A stretch of 44,878 nucleotides of DNA from Pseudothermotoga sp. (lineage in GTDB: Bacteria > Thermotogota > Thermotogae > Thermotogales > DSM-5069). The stretch is taken from positions 1 through 44,878 of the forward strand of contig JBEPZZ010000012.1 of NCBI GenBank assembly GCA_041640575.1. The letters are read 5' to 3'. Below, piece after piece: positions 26,181 to 37,090 of the stretch. Within the stretch, counting starts at the first letter, position 1. The number at the start of each line of letters is the position of its first letter. Made by a program: the position numbers and the translations under genes. The notes under the pieces are model-generated. The model worked only from the letters and a program-made list of their open reading frames with translations. It did not search any database and was not told the DNA's origin.

Positions 26181-27422
26181 CTATAAGGTAACACTTTGAT
26201 GTTTAAGGAGGTTCAACTTGTCTACAATTAGCTTGGCTGCCCTAGTGTCATCTTCGTTATACTGTAAAACTGCGAATAAATACGAGTCATCTTGGGTCAA
26301 AAGCCAACGCTGAAAGTACCTACTTGCCTTTGGAGCATCCATTTGCGTTCTAAAAACAAAACCAAAATGACGGGCAACACTCTTCAACGAATAAGTGAAA
26401 AGAGGCAGAGCGACATGCTTGGAGATGAACTGGTAAAGATCGAGGAAGTTTCTCTTTATCTTCTGGTATTGTGCTTCTAATTCTTTCCACTTTTTGGTGA
26501 GTTCTTGAAACCTCGTTGGTTCGTAAGGACCATAGTGATAAATTGGACAGTCAAGTTGAATTAAATGATTCAGTAACTTTTCGAAAACCAACCTTTCTTC
26601 TCCTTCATTTCTGCATAAATATGGTGTATATTTGTCGTTCTCAAGAATACCAAAAAGAAAATCAAAATGCTTCAAACTATGAAATTCGATGTCTATAAAT
26701 ACACCATTTTCAAGTTTCTCAAAATTAGACAGAATGATTTCTTTGCCTTCCAAAAGGGATAAGGCTTTCTTGACAAGCCTTTCGTCTAGATATTTCGGGC
26801 ATGATGTACTGAATTTTGCCAAATCAGATAACTTAAGAATTCCGCATTTTGCGAGCTTGCTTTTCATCTTTTCGTTAACACCATGAATTGCAAGTAAATC
26901 TTCGTTTTCTATCAAAACTCTTGCGCATTCGGGAACATGCTGACAAACTTTGCAAATATTATTTGGCTTAGGTAATGGAATGTGACCATCCTGAATATTT
27001 GCGATCTCTTGGATCAATGAGAAAAGGTGGGGTACCCCATCTTTCCAATCTACAGTTTTCAAGAAGAAATCAGAGATCACAAGAACTTCAGTTATGTGGT
27101 AACCAGCACTGGAAAATATGTAACCATGGTACGCGGCTTCCAAGAGATACTTCTTTTTGAAACTTTTTGCAGATTTTTTCAAAATTATTTTCCAGCCATT
27201 TTTATCTCGAACAACCAAATCTGGTTCTGAAACCAGTACTTTACCAAAACTTTCAATGCTCAAAACGGGATTTTCAACAGAAGAATGGATGTTCAGCAAA
27301 AATCTTGTAGTGTCTTCAACACTACGGAGGTTTTCACCTTCATGTTCATGAAATTCGATAAAGTATTTTCTTGGGCAAATAAGGTATTCATCAATGTCGT
27401 TAAATGTTATAACTTTTTTCAT
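26181..27422 (-). CDS. TM0106-family RecB-like putative nuclease (PD-(D/E)xK-like + HhH + RNase H-like exonuclease domain)
   Basis: N-terminal CPRK, EPDL, CKVCQHVPEC; IHGV HhH-like segment; FIDIE...YHYGPYE...YSLKSVA...YNEDD. Confidence 0.85.
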   Translation of the reverse strand: MKKVITFNDIDEYLICPRKYFIEFHEHEGENLRSVEDTTRFLLNIHSSVENPVLSIESFGKVLVSEPDLVVRDKNGWKIILKKSAKSFKKKYLLEAAYHGYIFSSAGYHITEVLVISDFFLKTVDWKDGVPHLFSLIQEIANIQDGHIPLPKPNNICKVCQHVPECARVLIENEDLLAIHGVNEKMKSKLAKCGILKLSDLAKFSTSCPKYLDERLVKKALSLLEGKEIILSNFEKLENGVFIDIEFHSLKHFDFLFGILENDKYTPYLCRNEGEERLVFEKLLNHLIQLDCPIYHYGPYEPTRFQELTKKWKELEAQYQKIKRNFLDLYQFISKHVALPLFTYSLKSVARHFGFVFRTQMDAPKASRYFQRWLLTQDDSYLFAVLQYNEDDTRAAKLIVDKLNLLKHQSVTL

Positions 27423-28929
27423 AGTTTACCCACCATTCGGGGAAAACTTCTCTGATCTTTTCGTTCAAAAGCTTTTTAACACGTGTAAATTGATCGTAGA
27501 GGAATTCGTCTTCCAGTTTATTTTCAAGCAATTGTTGGATTTCCGAGGCGAGTTCTTCGTTTTGCATTGATGATTTAAGTGGCCTACGAAACATCAAAGC
27601 TCTTGTTGCACACATTGATTCTATAGTAAGAAGAGAAATAATGTTGTCTATTATCTTCAAAAGCTTTAGACAAGCGTTCATACCCATGCTTACATGATCT
27701 TCCTGATAAGCACTTGTTGGAATAGTGTCAGATGAAGCAGGGTGAGAAAGTATCTTATTTTCGTTGCACAGTGCAGCAGCAGTGTATTGCCATATCATGT
27801 ATCCAGAGTTGATACCACTATTTGGTGTCAAGAAAGCAGGCAACCCTTCGTTAACTTTTGGATTGACGAGTCGATCGATTCTTCTTTCGATCATGTTTCC
27901 CAGACTCGTTAACGCAATGGCTAGAAAGTCGGCTGTAAGAGCAATCGGCTCTCCGTGAAAATTTCCTTGTGAGATAATCGAATCATGATAAATCAAAGGG
28001 TTATCAGTGGCTGAATTTATCTCAGTTTCAACAACATCTAACGCATAAAAAATTGCATCCAAAACTGCTCCATAGACTTGCGGTACGCATCTTATGGTGT
28101 ATGCGTCTTGAACTCTTGGGCAATTTTTATGAAACTCTCTTATTTCGCTTCCTTTCAACAAACTTTCAAGCATTCCAGCTATGATTTTTTGTCCTCTATG
28201 AGGCCTTGCAAGAGCAACTACTTCTGAAAAGGCATCGGTTGAACCAAATAGAACATCAATTGAAAGAGCGGCAACCTTTGTTGCTAGCCAGACTAGATTG
28301 AGTAAATCGTTGACAGAGAGCGCCAAAATAGCTGTCATTGCTTGTGTGCCGTTAACCAAACCAAGTCCTTCTTTCTCTGCAAGCATGATAGGTTGAAAGC
28401 CCAATTTCTCCGTAACTTGACAAGTTGGTACAGGCTGGCCATCAACGTATACATAACCTTTGTTTATGAGCACGAGTGCTATATGCGAAAGAGGTGCCAA
28501 ATCACCGCTTGCTCCAACGGATCCTTTCGAAGGGACAAAAGGTGTTATCTTTTTATTCAGAAGTTCGCACAGTTTCTGAACGACTATTGGTCTAACACCT
28601 GAGAATCCCAACGCCAAGGAGTGAGCTCTAAGTAAAATTGCTGCCCGAACTATATCTTCAGCTAGTGGTTCACCAATGCCACAAGCATGTGACAAGACGA
28701 TGTTTTCCTGAAGTTTCATGAGTTCATCTTTAGAAATTCGCACCGTTGCTAGAGCTCCAAATCCTGTATTAATACCATAAGCCGCTTTGTCAATAGACAA
28801 CATAGATTCAACTTTCTCTCTGACTATGTTCATTTTCTCAACAATCTGCTTGGGCACTTGAACATCATTATAATTTCTTGCAACATTAACAACATCTTGA
28901 AGTTTTAGTTTTGAACCGATTTCAACCAT
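27400..28929 (-). CDS. hutH: Histidine ammonia-lyase
   Basis: YGINTGFG, His-specific SH motif (LSHACG), MIO-forming GSVGASGDLAPL, NGT, QDAYTIRC, GNFHG, QEDHVSMG. Confidence 0.95.
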   Translation of the reverse strand: MVEIGSKLKLQDVVNVARNYNDVQVPKQIVEKMNIVREKVESMLSIDKAAYGINTGFGALATVRISKDELMKLQENIVLSHACGIGEPLAEDIVRAAILLRAHSLALGFSGVRPIVVQKLCELLNKKITPFVPSKGSVGASGDLAPLSHIALVLINKGYVYVDGQPVPTCQVTEKLGFQPIMLAEKEGLGLVNGTQAMTAILALSVNDLLNLVWLATKVAALSIDVLFGSTDAFSEVVALARPHRGQKIIAGMLESLLKGSEIREFHKNCPRVQDAYTIRCVPQVYGAVLDAIFYALDVVETEINSATDNPLIYHDSIISQGNFHGEPIALTADFLAIALTSLGNMIERRIDRLVNPKVNEGLPAFLTPNSGINSGYMIWQYTAAALCNENKILSHPASSDTIPTSAYQEDHVSMGMNACLKLLKIIDNIISLLTIESMCATRALMFRRPLKSSMQNEELASEIQQLLENKLEDEFLYDQFTRVKKLLNEKIREVFPEWWVNYEKSYNI

Positions 28930-29032
28930 TCACAACACCCCATGTGTTTTTAGAGTTTTCCACATAGATAATATACTTTCGGGAAATGAATATTGAACAT
29001 TTTGTGATAAACTTTTAGAGAGGTGGGGTAGC

Positions 29033-29293
29033 GTGGAAAAGTTGCACGAGTTGGAGACTCTTTTGAATAGATTAATGGATGATTACGAGAGAACTAAGGA
29101 GGAGAACGAGAAGCTTTGGGCTCAGATGAACGAAGCGCTGAGTAAGATTGAGAGACTTGACAAGGAAAAGCGCGAACTGGAGTCCCTTTTAGAAATGTAC
29201 AGAAGTTCAATGAATTCTTTGGTAGAAAAACTTCAAGGTATGATAGGTGCGATGGATCATGTCGCCGAAAAAGACAGTCCGCATAAAACTTGA
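29033..29293 (+). CDS. Coiled-coil protein, ZapB-like
   Basis: 86-aa continuous heptad coiled coil directly upstream of a zapA-like gene; GAGGTG SD and GTG start. Confidence 0.65.
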   Translation: MEKLHELETLLNRLMDDYERTKEENEKLWAQMNEALSKIERLDKEKRELESLLEMYRSSMNSLVEKLQGMIGAMDHVAEKDSPHKT

Positions 29294-29543
29294 TGATAAA
29301 TTTTACGATCTTGTTACAGATGAGAGCGAGGAAGAACTAATAGCCGTTGTGAATAGCATTCGAAATTTGTTCTCAAAAATAAGAATCCAAAATCCGGATG
29401 CTTCTACCGATGAAATTTTGGTTCTCATGCTCGCAAACTGCATGCTGAATAACACAAAATTTGAGAAGGAAATGGCGCAAATGGCCAACAGGTTGCGTAA
29501 TTTGATTGACAAATTTTATAAGGAAAAGAGGGAGAGAGCTTGA
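29259..29543 (+). CDS. zapA: Cell division protein ZapA-like
   Basis: KTVRIKLDDKFYDLVTDESEEEL.AV...ILVLMLAN followed by a coiled coil matches the ZapA layout. Confidence 0.7.
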   Translation: MSPKKTVRIKLDDKFYDLVTDESEEELIAVVNSIRNLFSKIRIQNPDASTDEILVLMLANCMLNNTKFEKEMAQMANRLRNLIDKFYKEKRERA

Positions 29544-30295
29544 AAAAGATTGGTCTGTTTGACTCGGGTATAGGAGGTTTATCTGTCCTGCGCCAGATGA
29601 TGGCAGAAAACATTAGTGAAGAATACATTTACGTTGCCGACACAGCCCGAGCTCCATTTGGCACAAAGAGCCATAGTGAAATAATTCAGATAAGTCTTGA
29701 AATAATAGAATTTTTAAGAAAAGTTGGTGTTGAAGGAGTTGTTGCTGCTTGTAATACAGCTGACACAAGTCTGAAAGTTGGACAAATCGACTTCGATTTT
29801 TCTTATTACGGTATCACGCGTGTCAAGTTTCAAGCTCTGCACAACGTAGCAATTTGGGCTACTGAAGCGACAGTCAAGAGCCATATATACAAGAATATCT
29901 TCGAGAAACTTGGTGCAAAGACTATTCTCGAAATTCCATTGCAGGATTTAGTGAAGATAGTTGAGGATGGTTCTGAGGATAAACCGTTTGCATTAAGATA
30001 CCTTGATAAAGCCGTAAACCTTGTTGCTGAAGCTCAGATAAGCAATATTCTGCTTGGATGTACTCATTTTTCATTGATTATTGACATGCTTAAGAAAAGA
30101 TATCCAAACTTCAACTTTATTGATCCAGCACAACTCTTAGCCCAGGAATTAGCTCAGAATGAATCTAGGGCAAACAAAGCGAAAAATATTATCTTCTATG
30201 TGACTGGGAACGAAAGTGAATTTAAGGCTAAGCTAGAGAAGCGCATGAATCTTTTGGATGTTTTTTATGTCGTGAACAAATTGAAGCTTGGGTGA
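29540..30295 (+). CDS. murI: Glutamate racemase
   Basis: FDSGIGGLSV, DTARAPFG.KS, ACNTA, LGCTHF (both catalytic Cys present). Confidence 0.9.
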   Translation: MKKIGLFDSGIGGLSVLRQMMAENISEEYIYVADTARAPFGTKSHSEIIQISLEIIEFLRKVGVEGVVAACNTADTSLKVGQIDFDFSYYGITRVKFQALHNVAIWATEATVKSHIYKNIFEKLGAKTILEIPLQDLVKIVEDGSEDKPFALRYLDKAVNLVAEAQISNILLGCTHFSLIIDMLKKRYPNFNFIDPAQLLAQELAQNESRANKAKNIIFYVTGNESEFKAKLEKRMNLLDVFYVVNKLKLG

Positions 30296-30304
30296 AGAGT
30301 ATTT

Positions 30305-31141
30305 ATGGTGGATGTTGTTATCGTGTCTGGGCTTTCTGGAGCCGGTAAAACTACCGCATTAAGAATTCTAGAAGACATGGGATATTTCTGCATTGACAAT
30401 CTCCCACCGGCACTCTTGAAGGACTTTATGGTGCTCATTTCAAATTCGAGCGTAACAAAGGTTGCACTTACAATCGATGCTAGAAGCATGAAACTTAATG
30501 AAAATTTAAAAGACTTGAAGTATGTTATAGAGCTCTACAAAGATTCAGTGAAGTTACTGTTTTTGGAAGCCTCTATAGAAGAATTGATCAAACGATTTGC
30601 GATTACTCGAAGACCTCATCCACTTGAAGGCCAGTTAAACCTTCGAGAGGCTATAGTCAAGGAACAAGAATTTCTGGATGATATAAGGCAACTTGGCACT
30701 GTGATTGATACAACGGATCTAAGCGTTGCCGGTTTAAGAAACATGATCAGCTCATTTCTGGCTGGTGCGAAAACTTTTTTCATACGTATCAGAAGTTTTG
30801 GCTTCAAATATGGTGTACCAACTGACACAGACTTCATAATTGACACTAGATTCATGCCAAATCCGTTTTATGTGCATGATTTGGCTCCACTTGATGGTCG
30901 AGACGAAAGAATCCGAAAATATTTTGAGAATTATCCGGATGTGGAGAGGTTTGTGGAGCAAATCATTGCACCACTTTCTCTGGCAGCATCTTCTTACAAA
31001 AAAGAAGGCAGAGCAAGCATGACAATTTCGGTTGGTTGCACTGGGGGCCGGCATAGGTCAGTTTACATTGCGGAGAGGTTAGCTGAAGCACTAAAAAAAG
31101 ATTATTCAGTCATAATTGAGCATAGGGATGTGGACAAATGA
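30305..31141 (+). CDS. rapZ: RapZ/YvcJ P-loop NTP-binding protein
   Basis: SGLSGAGKT, GYFCIDNLP, TRRPHPL, SFGFKYG, RFMPNP, GCTGGRHRSV. Confidence 0.95.
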   Translation: MVDVVIVSGLSGAGKTTALRILEDMGYFCIDNLPPALLKDFMVLISNSSVTKVALTIDARSMKLNENLKDLKYVIELYKDSVKLLFLEASIEELIKRFAITRRPHPLEGQLNLREAIVKEQEFLDDIRQLGTVIDTTDLSVAGLRNMISSFLAGAKTFFIRIRSFGFKYGVPTDTDFIIDTRFMPNPFYVHDLAPLDGRDERIRKYFENYPDVERFVEQIIAPLSLAASSYKKEGRASMTISVGCTGGRHRSVYIAERLAEALKKDYSVIIEHRDVDK

Positions 31142-32097
31142 AAGTTGTGGCAATCGGCGGTGGAACGGGTTTATCAGTTTTATTGAGAGGCTTGAAAAGA
31201 TATGACATAGATATTTCGGCACTTGTCGCTGTGACGGATGAAGGAGGAAGCTCTGGACTCATCCGACAGGAACTTGATGTTCCACCTCCAGGAGATGTTA
31301 GAAACAACATCATTGCACTTGCAAATGATGAGGATTTGATGAGTCAAGTTTTTGGGTACAGATTTAAAGAGAATGGGGCATTTCATAATCATACCGTTGG
31401 CAACATAATAATAGCTGCATTGACAAAGATGACTGGTAATTTTAGCGAAGCAGTTAGGTTAGCCTCAAGAATTTTGGCTATAAAAGGTAAAGTAATACCG
31501 ATTTGCAGTGATTTGATAAGACTTGTGGCAAAGTACGATGATGGAACGGAGGAGATTGGGGAAATTAATATTGTAAAAAGAAGAGTGGGGAAAATAGTGT
31601 CGATCCGATTGGACAAACCGGCAGCAGCAAGTCAGGAAGTTCTCAATGAGGTAAAGTTCGCGGATATGATAATCTTTGGTCCTGGTAGTTTGTACACAAG
31701 TATAATAACTAACCTTCTTGTTAATGGTATCAAAGAAGCTATCTGGGCAAATAGGAAAGCCAAGAGTGTTTATGTTGCAAACATTATGACACAACCGGGT
31801 GAGACTCTTGGTTACACTTTGGAAGACCACGTCTCCGAACTGGAAAAATATCTTGAGAAGAAACTAGATTTTGTCATCGTCAACGTTGCGAAGCCACCTA
31901 GCGAGGTACTGGAGTCTTATTTAAAAGAAGGTGCACAGCTAGTCAGGCCGGTCTCTAATCAAAAGAATTATGTCTTTGAAAATCTGGTACAAATCATATA
32001 TGAACCAAATGATCCACGACCAAAGGTTAGGCATGATCCTGTTATTTTGGCTAAAAAGATAATAGATATTGCAAAGAGGTGTGACTGTGGGAAATAG
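31138..32097 (+). CDS. yvcK: YvcK/GlmR (CofD-like) UDP-GlcNAc-binding factor
   Basis: IGGGTGL, DEGGSSG, PPGDVRN, GPGSLYTS, NIMTQPGET, RHDP. Confidence 0.95.
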   Translation: MKVVAIGGGTGLSVLLRGLKRYDIDISALVAVTDEGGSSGLIRQELDVPPPGDVRNNIIALANDEDLMSQVFGYRFKENGAFHNHTVGNIIIAALTKMTGNFSEAVRLASRILAIKGKVIPICSDLIRLVAKYDDGTEEIGEINIVKRRVGKIVSIRLDKPAAASQEVLNEVKFADMIIFGPGSLYTSIITNLLVNGIKEAIWANRKAKSVYVANIMTQPGETLGYTLEDHVSELEKYLEKKLDFVIVNVAKPPSEVLESYLKEGAQLVRPVSNQKNYVFENLVQIIYEPNDPRPKVRHDPVILAKKIIDIAKRCDCGK

Positions 32098-33019
32098 TAG
32101 TTTTTCTGAAAGATTGAGAGATGAACTATGTTCCATAGAGGTTCAAAATGTGCAACAAACTTGGTATGAAATATACGGATATATCAAAGCAAGAGGCTTT
32201 CTTCTCATGAAAAATGAAATAACGGTAGTGAGTATTACCTTTCCATCCATAAAGGTTTCACGAAGATTCTTTCAGATAGCGAAGTTTCTCCCGACGTTTG
32301 AACACGAGGTTGTAGTTGTACAACCGAAACGCCTTTGGAAACAACGCCATGTTGAAGTACGTGTACCCTTAGAGTGGTTCAACAACAATTCTCCTGTTGA
32401 CGTGTTTGGTGAGAAATTATCCGACGAACTTTATACTGATCCATTTCTTTTTGGAACTTTTCTTCGTGGATTTTACTTGCTTGCCGGTTCCATGATTGAT
32501 CCACGGCTCGGTTATCATCTTGAACTCGCCAGCCAAATGAGTAGTATTCTTGAGCAAATCAGCAAAGTGTTAAACGATGTATTTGCAATAAAATCCAAAG
32601 TTATCGAATCAAACCGTAACTATAAACTTTTGATAAGAAGGGCAATGGACCTTATAGAGTTCTTGAACTTAATAGGAGGTGTTGAAGCTGCTTCGGAACT
32701 GGAACAGGTTTTTCAAAAAAGATCAATAGCATCAGATGTTAACAGAAGCATGAATTTCTTGTTTGCAAATGCTGATAGAATAAGTAGAAGTACTCTAAAG
32801 CAAATGAATGCTATAAGAGTCATAGAGGAAACAATAGGTTTGGATGCTATTGGTGATGAGCTATCGAAGCTTGCTCAACTGCGGATTAAAAACGCGGAAC
32901 TGAGCATGAGAGAGTTAGGAGAATTGATGGAACCGAAAATGACAAAATCCATGGTATTTGCAAGGATGAAAAAGATAATGAAGATCGCAAATGAAATTGA
33001 GGGGAGTAGAGAAGATTGA
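32087..33019 (+). CDS. whiA: DNA-binding protein WhiA
   Basis: [31 protein letters not shown]...AN, LR......S.RELG; follows yvcJ-yvcK. The start is approximate. Confidence 0.9.
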   Translation: MGNSSFSERLRDELCSIEVQNVQQTWYEIYGYIKARGFLLMKNEITVVSITFPSIKVSRRFFQIAKFLPTFEHEVVVVQPKRLWKQRHVEVRVPLEWFNNNSPVDVFGEKLSDELYTDPFLFGTFLRGFYLLAGSMIDPRLGYHLELASQMSSILEQISKVLNDVFAIKSKVIESNRNYKLLIRRAMDLIEFLNLIGGVEAASELEQVFQKRSIASDVNRSMNFLFANADRISRSTLKQMNAIRVIEETIGLDAIGDELSKLAQLRIKNAELSMRELGELMEPKMTKSMVFARMKKIMKIANEIEGSRED

Positions 33020-33477
33020 GGTGTCCATTCTGTGGGGCGCCGGAAACAAGGGTTCTTGACTCAAGACCAACTTTGGACGGTACAGCCATCCGTCGAAGGA
33101 GAGAGTGTACCGAGTGTGGAGGAAGGTTTACAACCTATGAAAGGTATGAATCACTACCAATAGTAGTAGTTAAAAAGGATGGAAGGCGCGAAATTTTTGA
33201 CCGTTCGAAAATATTAAATGGATTGTTGAAAGCTTGCGAGAAAAGACCTGTTTCATATGAGACACTTGAAAGAATTGTTGAAGAAGTAGAATTGGCAGTT
33301 CAAAGACAGGGCAACACGGAAGTGCAATCTAAGTATATCGGTGAGCTCGTGATGGAGAAACTTAAACAATTGGATCAGGTAGCATATGTCAGATTTGCCT
33401 CTGTTTACAAAGATTTTCGCGAAATAGACCAATTTTTGGAGATAGTTAAGGAACTGAAAAAAGATCAGGAGGTGTAA
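33016..33477 (+). CDS. nrdR: Transcriptional repressor NrdR
   Basis: [29 protein letters not shown] cone, [10 protein letters not shown]. Confidence 0.97.
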   Translation: MRCPFCGAPETRVLDSRPTLDGTAIRRRRECTECGGRFTTYERYESLPIVVVKKDGRREIFDRSKILNGLLKACEKRPVSYETLERIVEEVELAVQRQGNTEVQSKYIGELVMEKLKQLDQVAYVRFASVYKDFREIDQFLEIVKELKKDQEV

Positions 33478-33480
33478 GAA

Positions 33481-33957
33481 ATGGCAAAAAAGAATACCGT
33501 ATATTTAACCAAAGAAGGCTATGAAAAACTCAAAAATGAGCTTAACGAACTTAAGGAAAAGCTGATGTATGAGATATCCCAAAGAATAAAGGAAGCTAGG
33601 GAACTAGGAGATTTGTCAGAGAATACCGAGTACGATGAAGCTAAGAATGAACAAGGAAGGATTGGCAGCAGGATAGCAGAACTTGAACAAATCTTGAACA
33701 ACGCCGAAATAGTTGAAAATCGTGATACCAGCATAATTTCAGTTGGTTCCGCAGTTTTGATCAAAAACATGGGTACTGGGGAGGAAAAGAAGATCAGACT
33801 AGTTAGTCCTCAGGAAGCGGATATTTTCAACGGAAAGGTAAGTATCGACTCTCCAGTTGGAAGAGCACTTATGGAAAAGAAAGTCGGTGATGTGGTAAGG
33901 GTAAAAACTAGTACGGGAGTTGTCAAATACGAGATTCTGGGTATAGAAGTCGAGTAA
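33481..33957 (+). CDS. greA: Transcription elongation factor GreA
   Basis: [29 protein letters not shown]. Confidence 0.96.
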   Translation: MAKKNTVYLTKEGYEKLKNELNELKEKLMYEISQRIKEARELGDLSENTEYDEAKNEQGRIGSRIAELEQILNNAEIVENRDTSIISVGSAVLIKNMGTGEEKKIRLVSPQEADIFNGKVSIDSPVGRALMEKKVGDVVRVKTSTGVVKYEILGIEVE

Positions 33958-33982
33958 GGTTCTACTAAAAAGAGGTGATTTT

Positions 33983-35467
33983 GTGCTCGAAGAAGTTCGT
34001 AAACAGAGATCCGATGAAGTTAAAAAACTTCGAGAACTTGGATTGGACCCTTATCCTTACAAATTTGAAAAGATTCACTCTGTACAAACCATAAGGGAAC
34101 AATACGACCATATAAAGGCTGGAGAGATAGTCGAAGATTCAGATGTATCTATAGCTGGTCGGATTATGTCAATTAGGAACCATGGAAAATCATCCTTTTT
34201 TACCATTAGGGATTTCAGTGGTCGCATCCAAGCTTATGTGAGAAGCAATGATATCGGGGAGTCTTTGTACAAGGTTTTCGAAGAGTACGTAAAGATAGGA
34301 GACATCGTAGGTATAAAAGGGCCGGTTTTCAAAAGTAAAACTGGCGAATTAACAATTTTAGTGAAAAAATTTGAGTTACTCTGTAAAAGTCGAAGACCGA
34401 TGCCGGAAAAGTGGCATGGATTGAAAGATAAAGAGATTGCCTATAGACAAAGGTATGTCGACATGATCGCTAACGATGAAACGTTAAAAAGATTCAAGAT
34501 AAGATACGAAGCAATCAAGTTCATTCGACAATTTCTGACAGATCGAGGATTTATTGAAGTGGAGACACCAATCTTAAACTTTATACCAAGTGGTGCAGCT
34601 GCAAAACCTTTTGTGACGAGATTAGAAGCATTGGATTGCGAATTGTATTTGCGTATCGCCCCTGAACTTTATTTGAAACGATATATAGTTGGTGGTTTCG
34701 AAAAAGTTTTCGAACTTGGTAAGAACTTCAGGAACGAAGGTATTTCCTACAAACACAGTCCAGAGTTCACGTCAATAGAGATTTACCAAGCCTATGCTGA
34801 TTACTACGACATGATGGAGTTGACCGAGACAATGATTTCAGAACTTGTTTATCATCTTTTCGGTAGATACACGGTGACTTATCAAGGAGTAGAATTAGAC
34901 TTTAAACCACCGTGGAAAAGAGCTAGGATGCGAGAATTTATTAAGTCAAAACTAAATGTTGACATACTTGAAGATTCAAATGAAAAACTGATGGAAGTTC
35001 TTAAAGCTTATGGTGTCGATTCTCAGAATTTGCCTAGAGCTAAGATGATAGAGAAGCTCTGGGATCTTGTTGAGGAAGAAGTTGTTCAACCAACTTTTCT
35101 GATGGATCATCCGGTTGAGCTTTCTCCTTTGGCAAAACGCCATAGAGAAGATCCAAGACTTACCGAAAGATTCGAACCGATTGTCTTTGGGATGGAACTT
35201 GGCAACGCGTTTAGTGAATTGAATGATCCTGACGATCAACTGCAGAGGTTTTTGGATCAAGTAAAGCTTAGAGATGCTGGTGATGAAGAAGCCCACAGAA
35301 TGGATCTAGACTTTATAAGAGCTCTGGAGTATGGCTTACCACCAACAGGCGGCTTGGGTATAGGGATTGACAGATTAATCATGCTTTTGACCGATTCGTC
35401 ATCTATAAGGGATGTAATTGCTTTTCCATTGGTTAGTTTTACAGATACAGATACAGACGAATTTTGA
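33983..35467 (+). CDS. lysS: Lysine--tRNA ligase (class II)
   Basis: OB-fold anticodon domain, [50 protein letters not shown]. Confidence 0.98.
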   Translation: MLEEVRKQRSDEVKKLRELGLDPYPYKFEKIHSVQTIREQYDHIKAGEIVEDSDVSIAGRIMSIRNHGKSSFFTIRDFSGRIQAYVRSNDIGESLYKVFEEYVKIGDIVGIKGPVFKSKTGELTILVKKFELLCKSRRPMPEKWHGLKDKEIAYRQRYVDMIANDETLKRFKIRYEAIKFIRQFLTDRGFIEVETPILNFIPSGAAAKPFVTRLEALDCELYLRIAPELYLKRYIVGGFEKVFELGKNFRNEGISYKHSPEFTSIEIYQAYADYYDMMELTETMISELVYHLFGRYTVTYQGVELDFKPPWKRARMREFIKSKLNVDILEDSNEKLMEVLKAYGVDSQNLPRAKMIEKLWDLVEEEVVQPTFLMDHPVELSPLAKRHREDPRLTERFEPIVFGMELGNAFSELNDPDDQLQRFLDQVKLRDAGDEEAHRMDLDFIRALEYGLPPTGGLGIGIDRLIMLLTDSSSIRDVIAFPLVSFTDTDTDEF

Positions 35468-35482
35468 AAGGAGTGCTAAGGA

Positions 35483-37090
35483 ATGAGACAGTGGTTCAAA
35501 AAATGGGAAAAGGTAATAGTTTGGACATTAGCTATAGCTTTTATTGTGGGTATAGCATTTTGGTCAGTAGGGACGTATTTATCATCGAGGTCAAGATCTG
35601 CTGACTCAAACAAAGACGACATAATAGGGTACTTGCAGGTTAAAGGCCAAGAAATTATTAAAGACAAAGATTTGTACGTAGCCCGCTGGCAGTTGGAACA
35701 AGAGTACCAAAATCTCTTGGCAATTTACGGATGGCAAGGAATAGACATGTTGTTTACTGAACCTGCTCAAAAAGCGGCTTTGCTCGAGGACATGCTGAGA
35801 AATAATGTGATAGTTTACTACGCAAAGCAAGAAAAGCTTTTGCCATCTAGCAAAGAGGTATCATCGAAGCTGGCTGAATACAAGAAGCAAATAGAAGGTA
35901 ATGAGTCATTTCTCAATTATGTAAAGACCTATTATGGGTCCGTGGATAATTATCTGAACAAGATAATCAAATCAGATGTCTGGAAAAATCTTGTTTTTGA
36001 TAAAGTTATCGAAAAAGTAGCAAAAGTCAGTGACGAAGAAATGAAAAGCTTCTTCGAGCAGAATTTATCTGATTTGAAAGCAAAATATGACAAAGTGGAT
36101 GTTGAAGTTATAGGCTTTGAAAATGAGACTTCTGCAAAGAATTTTCTTAAGAAGGCTCGTGAGGTTGGTTTCGACAAAGCAGCAACAGAAATGAGTTTAC
36201 AAATCCAGTCCCTACCTGGCCTGCAAAGAGGGATATTTGAAAAAGACCATGAAGAACTGATTTTCTCGGCAAAAGAAGGTGACGTTGTCGGACCAATACC
36301 ACTTGGGAGTTTGATGTACGTTTTCAAAATTAATAAAAGTTCAATCATAACAGATTTCGAATCTTTCAAGACGTCTGACTCATATTCAACAGAGTTGAAC
36401 TCAGTTCAGCAAGAGAAACTTCAAAAATGGTACGAAAGTTATGTAGCCGAGAATGAGATAAAACTCATTATCAAGGACGAAATATATGACATTTGGGCCA
36501 AGATCAACAAAGCCTCTAGCTTTGAAGAGCTTGCGGAAATTTATCGAGTGCTTTCAGGAAAATTGTTCGGCGAGGATCAACTACTGCTAGCAAGTGCTGC
36601 TGATATCTTGAAAAGTGCATTTTTGACTGTACTTGAAAAGATGAGAACTCTTACAAACAGTGAGGACCAAATAAATGCACTAGGACCGGTCAAAGATCAA
36701 GAGAAAATGGTTGTAGAAAACCTTTATCAACTTTATCCATCGTCTATACGTGTGGTAAGAGCTATGTATAACCTCAATCGTGATAACATCGATGTGAAAC
36801 ATAATTACTTTTCACTTCTCTATTCTGAAGTTAAACCATATCTTCAACCCGCATACACTCAATACTTGCTGCAGACCGTGTTAGAGCTTGAAGTAGGATT
36901 TGAAAGCATAGCAAGGAACGAAAAGGCACCTAAGGAATATAGGACTACTGCTTATTACAACCTTTACGACTTGACGAAATCCTTGGGAGATAAAACAAGT
37001 GCCAAATTCTACTTGGAAGAGCTTAAAAAGCTGGATCCTAACTATATTGATTTTGACACAGCACTTAAGGAATTGGAAGGTGGGCAATAA
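35483..37090 (+). CDS. Membrane-anchored SurA-N/parvulin-like foldase (PpiD/PrsA-like)
   Basis: N-terminal TM (MRQWFKK..VIVWTLAIAFIVG), SurA-N-like helices, VSDEEMKSFFEQN, GDVVGPI..G..YVFK parvulin-like segment. Confidence 0.75.
   Translation: MRQWFKKWEKVIVWTLAIAFIVGIAFWSVGTYLSSRSRSADSNKDDIIGYLQVKGQEIIKDKDLYVARWQLEQEYQNLLAIYGWQGIDMLFTEPAQKAALLEDMLRNNVIVYYAKQEKLLPSSKEVSSKLAEYKKQIEGNESFLNYVKTYYGSVDNYLNKIIKSDVWKNLVFDKVIEKVAKVSDEEMKSFFEQNLSDLKAKYDKVDVEVIGFENETSAKNFLKKAREVGFDKAATEMSLQIQSLPGLQRGIFEKDHEELIFSAKEGDVVGPIPLGSLMYVFKINKSSIITDFESFKTSDSYSTELNSVQQEKLQKWYESYVAENEIKLIIKDEIYDIWAKINKASSFEELAEIYRVLSGKLFGEDQLLLASAADILKSAFLTVLEKMRTLTNSEDQINALGPVKDQEKMVVENLYQLYPSSIRVVRAMYNLNRDNIDVKHNYFSLLYSEVKPYLQPAYTQYLLQTVLELEVGFESIARNEKAPKEYRTTAYYNLYDLTKSLGDKTSAKFYLEELKKLDPNYIDFDTALKELEGGQ

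Noticed and set aside
26181..27422. Cas4 / CRISPR-associated interpretation
   Set aside because: No repeat-spacer array or other cas genes are seen, and the domain layout fits the TM0106 family.
32087..33019. LAGLIDADG homing endonuclease / mobile element
   Set aside because: This is the domesticated WhiA in its usual yvcJ-yvcK-whiA context.
35441..35458. ACAGAT-ACAGAT-ACAGAC microrepeat at the lysS 3' end
   Set aside because: Only three in-frame units encoding an acidic tail; no evidence of function.
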